NCBI GenBank assembly: GCA_963693365.1
Contig: CAVNZM010000009.1
Location: forward strand, 8,785,408 to 8,849,407
Source of the DNA: Amoebidium appalachense
Taxonomy: Eukaryota; Protista; Ichthyosporea
Length of the DNA: 64,000 nt
Direction of reading: 5' to 3'
This document shows positions 62,710-64,000 of this stretch, piece by piece. The position numbers and the translations under genes are program-made. The first letter of the stretch is position 1. Every line of letters begins with the position of its first letter. The notes beneath the pieces were generated by a model. It was not told the origin of the DNA. It saw only the letters and a list, made by a program, of their open reading frames with translations, and searched no databases.

Positions 62710-63545
62710 CGAAAAGGCTGAGTTCCACCTCAGTCACATTACACCTAACACCCCCTAAAATGACATAGACTAATCTGTCTCCCCCCCCCAAAAAATAAAA
62801 TAAATAAATCAAGAAGAAATAATAAATTAATCTACACCATAAGTTTGATATTTACGGAGACACCTATGATAATAAATTAAAGTCCTACGACTACGTTCAC
62901 ACTCCTCCTCGGTCTCCCCCCCCCCCCCCCTCTCCCCCCTCCCCCCCTCCCCCCCCCTCCCCCTCCCCCCGTGTGTCTACGTGTTTTTGCATCACTCCCC
63001 CCTAGCCCCCTCCCTCACCGACTTTCTCACACCATGATTAAATTGAGGAATAACTCTCTTCGGCCTAGAGGGAGCACTAGGAAACTCCCTCTGCACTAAC
63101 CTAGCCTCGTAAGCACGAATAGAAAACGGGCAATCCAAATGAAACTCAGGCAACCACTGATCCTCATGATAACCTCCCTCAAAAGAATTTAAACAATAAT
63201 TTACCTTACCTTCCTTACCCTCGATAACCTTTTTATCGAGAATTTTATCCACTGCGGCCTCCGATACATCCACCGACCCGTCGTAGTCGGGTGTGAATGC
63301 ATCTAACACTCGACGGCCCTCCGGCCGTTTTACCCTAAGGGCCCTATCATAATATACCTTTAAATCATCTACATTATAATACCTAACATCACCTTATATT
63401 CCGTCGGACCTAACCTACTATTTTATACGGACCAATGAAAAGAGACAACCACTTCTTACCATACTTACAAAGACCTTCACCTTCACCCTTACCTTCTTGC
63501 TCCTGCTTATATCTCTTTTTCCTAGTATGATCCTTAATTAAAACT
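61046..63545 (-). mobile_element. 3' end of a chromoviral Ty3/gypsy element: integrase GPY module, chromodomain, poly-G PPT, 3' LTR (61046-62672)
   Basis: Minus strand reads KWLSLFIGPYKIVG* and YNVDDLKVYY, then VDKILDKK...YCLNSFEGGYHEDQWLPEFHL (chromodomain, 62992-63309). A G run plus TT precedes TGACATATAC. The LTR is homologous to 59902-60652. Confidence 0.85.
61663..62563 (-). mobile_element. Intact solo LTR, family X (901 bp), nested in the chromovirus LTR
   Basis: TGTTG...CAACA termini; perfect 5-bp TSD GCCCC (61658-61662, 62564-62568); empty-site homologue near 60010-60030. Confidence 0.92.
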
Positions 63546-64000
63546 AAAGTACCCTCGGCAAATTCACGTAACGGACGTGTGGACACGTCTGCACGTGCCT
63601 GTGCCTGCTGTGTATGGGCCAGAGCTGCATCACGTGCAGCCCGGGCCCGGGTTAGTAGCTGCTCCTGGAACTCAGTCCAGTGAGGATATGTTAGTCAGTC
63701 AGTCCCCCCCATCGGCAAAAGTGCCGTATCTATCAGACTAACGGCCTCCTGCCAATAGACCAAATAAAACGGAGAGAAACCAGCTGGCAGCAAACACACA
63801 TGGCTCTTTCTCCCTCCCTCCCTCTCTCCCCCCCCCCCCCCCCCCCCCCCCCCTCCCGCGGGCCCCCCTCTCCTCTCTCTTCTCTCTCTCTCTCTCTCTC
63901 TTAGCTTTCTCTCCCCCCTCCCCCCTCCCCCCGCCCCCCCCCCCTCCGCTCCCTTCTTTTTTCTTTCTGTGCGGAGCACATGTGTGCATGCGTGAATTGC

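Overview
Eukaryotic genomic DNA from an intron-rich, microsatellite- and homopolymer-laden genome. It is probably a unicellular opisthokont; that is an inference from the fungal-type MSH1, a chromovirus and extreme intron density. Host genes: (1) a 30-exon mitochondrial MutS homologue (MSH1-like, about 890 aa, minus strand, 3513-31829) reconstructed exon by exon with consistent phases; (2) an intronless membrane-anchored beta-helix (Pmp-like GGA/FxxN) gene; (3) a spliced BTB-BACK-SPRY-like gene; (4) a BTB pseudogene and a decayed HNH-like gene. Mobile DNA: a near-intact LINE plus a 3' fragment, a young Ty1/copia, two LTR families (one chromoviral) nested three deep, several MITEs, and a dispersed repeat that always ends in AAA(C)n. 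The most unusual signals are: (a) near-total absence of CGC/GCG trinucleotides over about 3.7 kb of the CpG-rich copia pol region; (b) the copia lacks a 5' LTR and instead carries a 647-bp perfect fold-back of its LTR, resembling a fossil half-autointegration; (c) a 5'-truncated retroposon family with a poly-C terminus sitting in G/C runs; (d) introns in which (CA)n and (GT)n repeats supply the splice sites themselves. All counts and alignments were made by eye.
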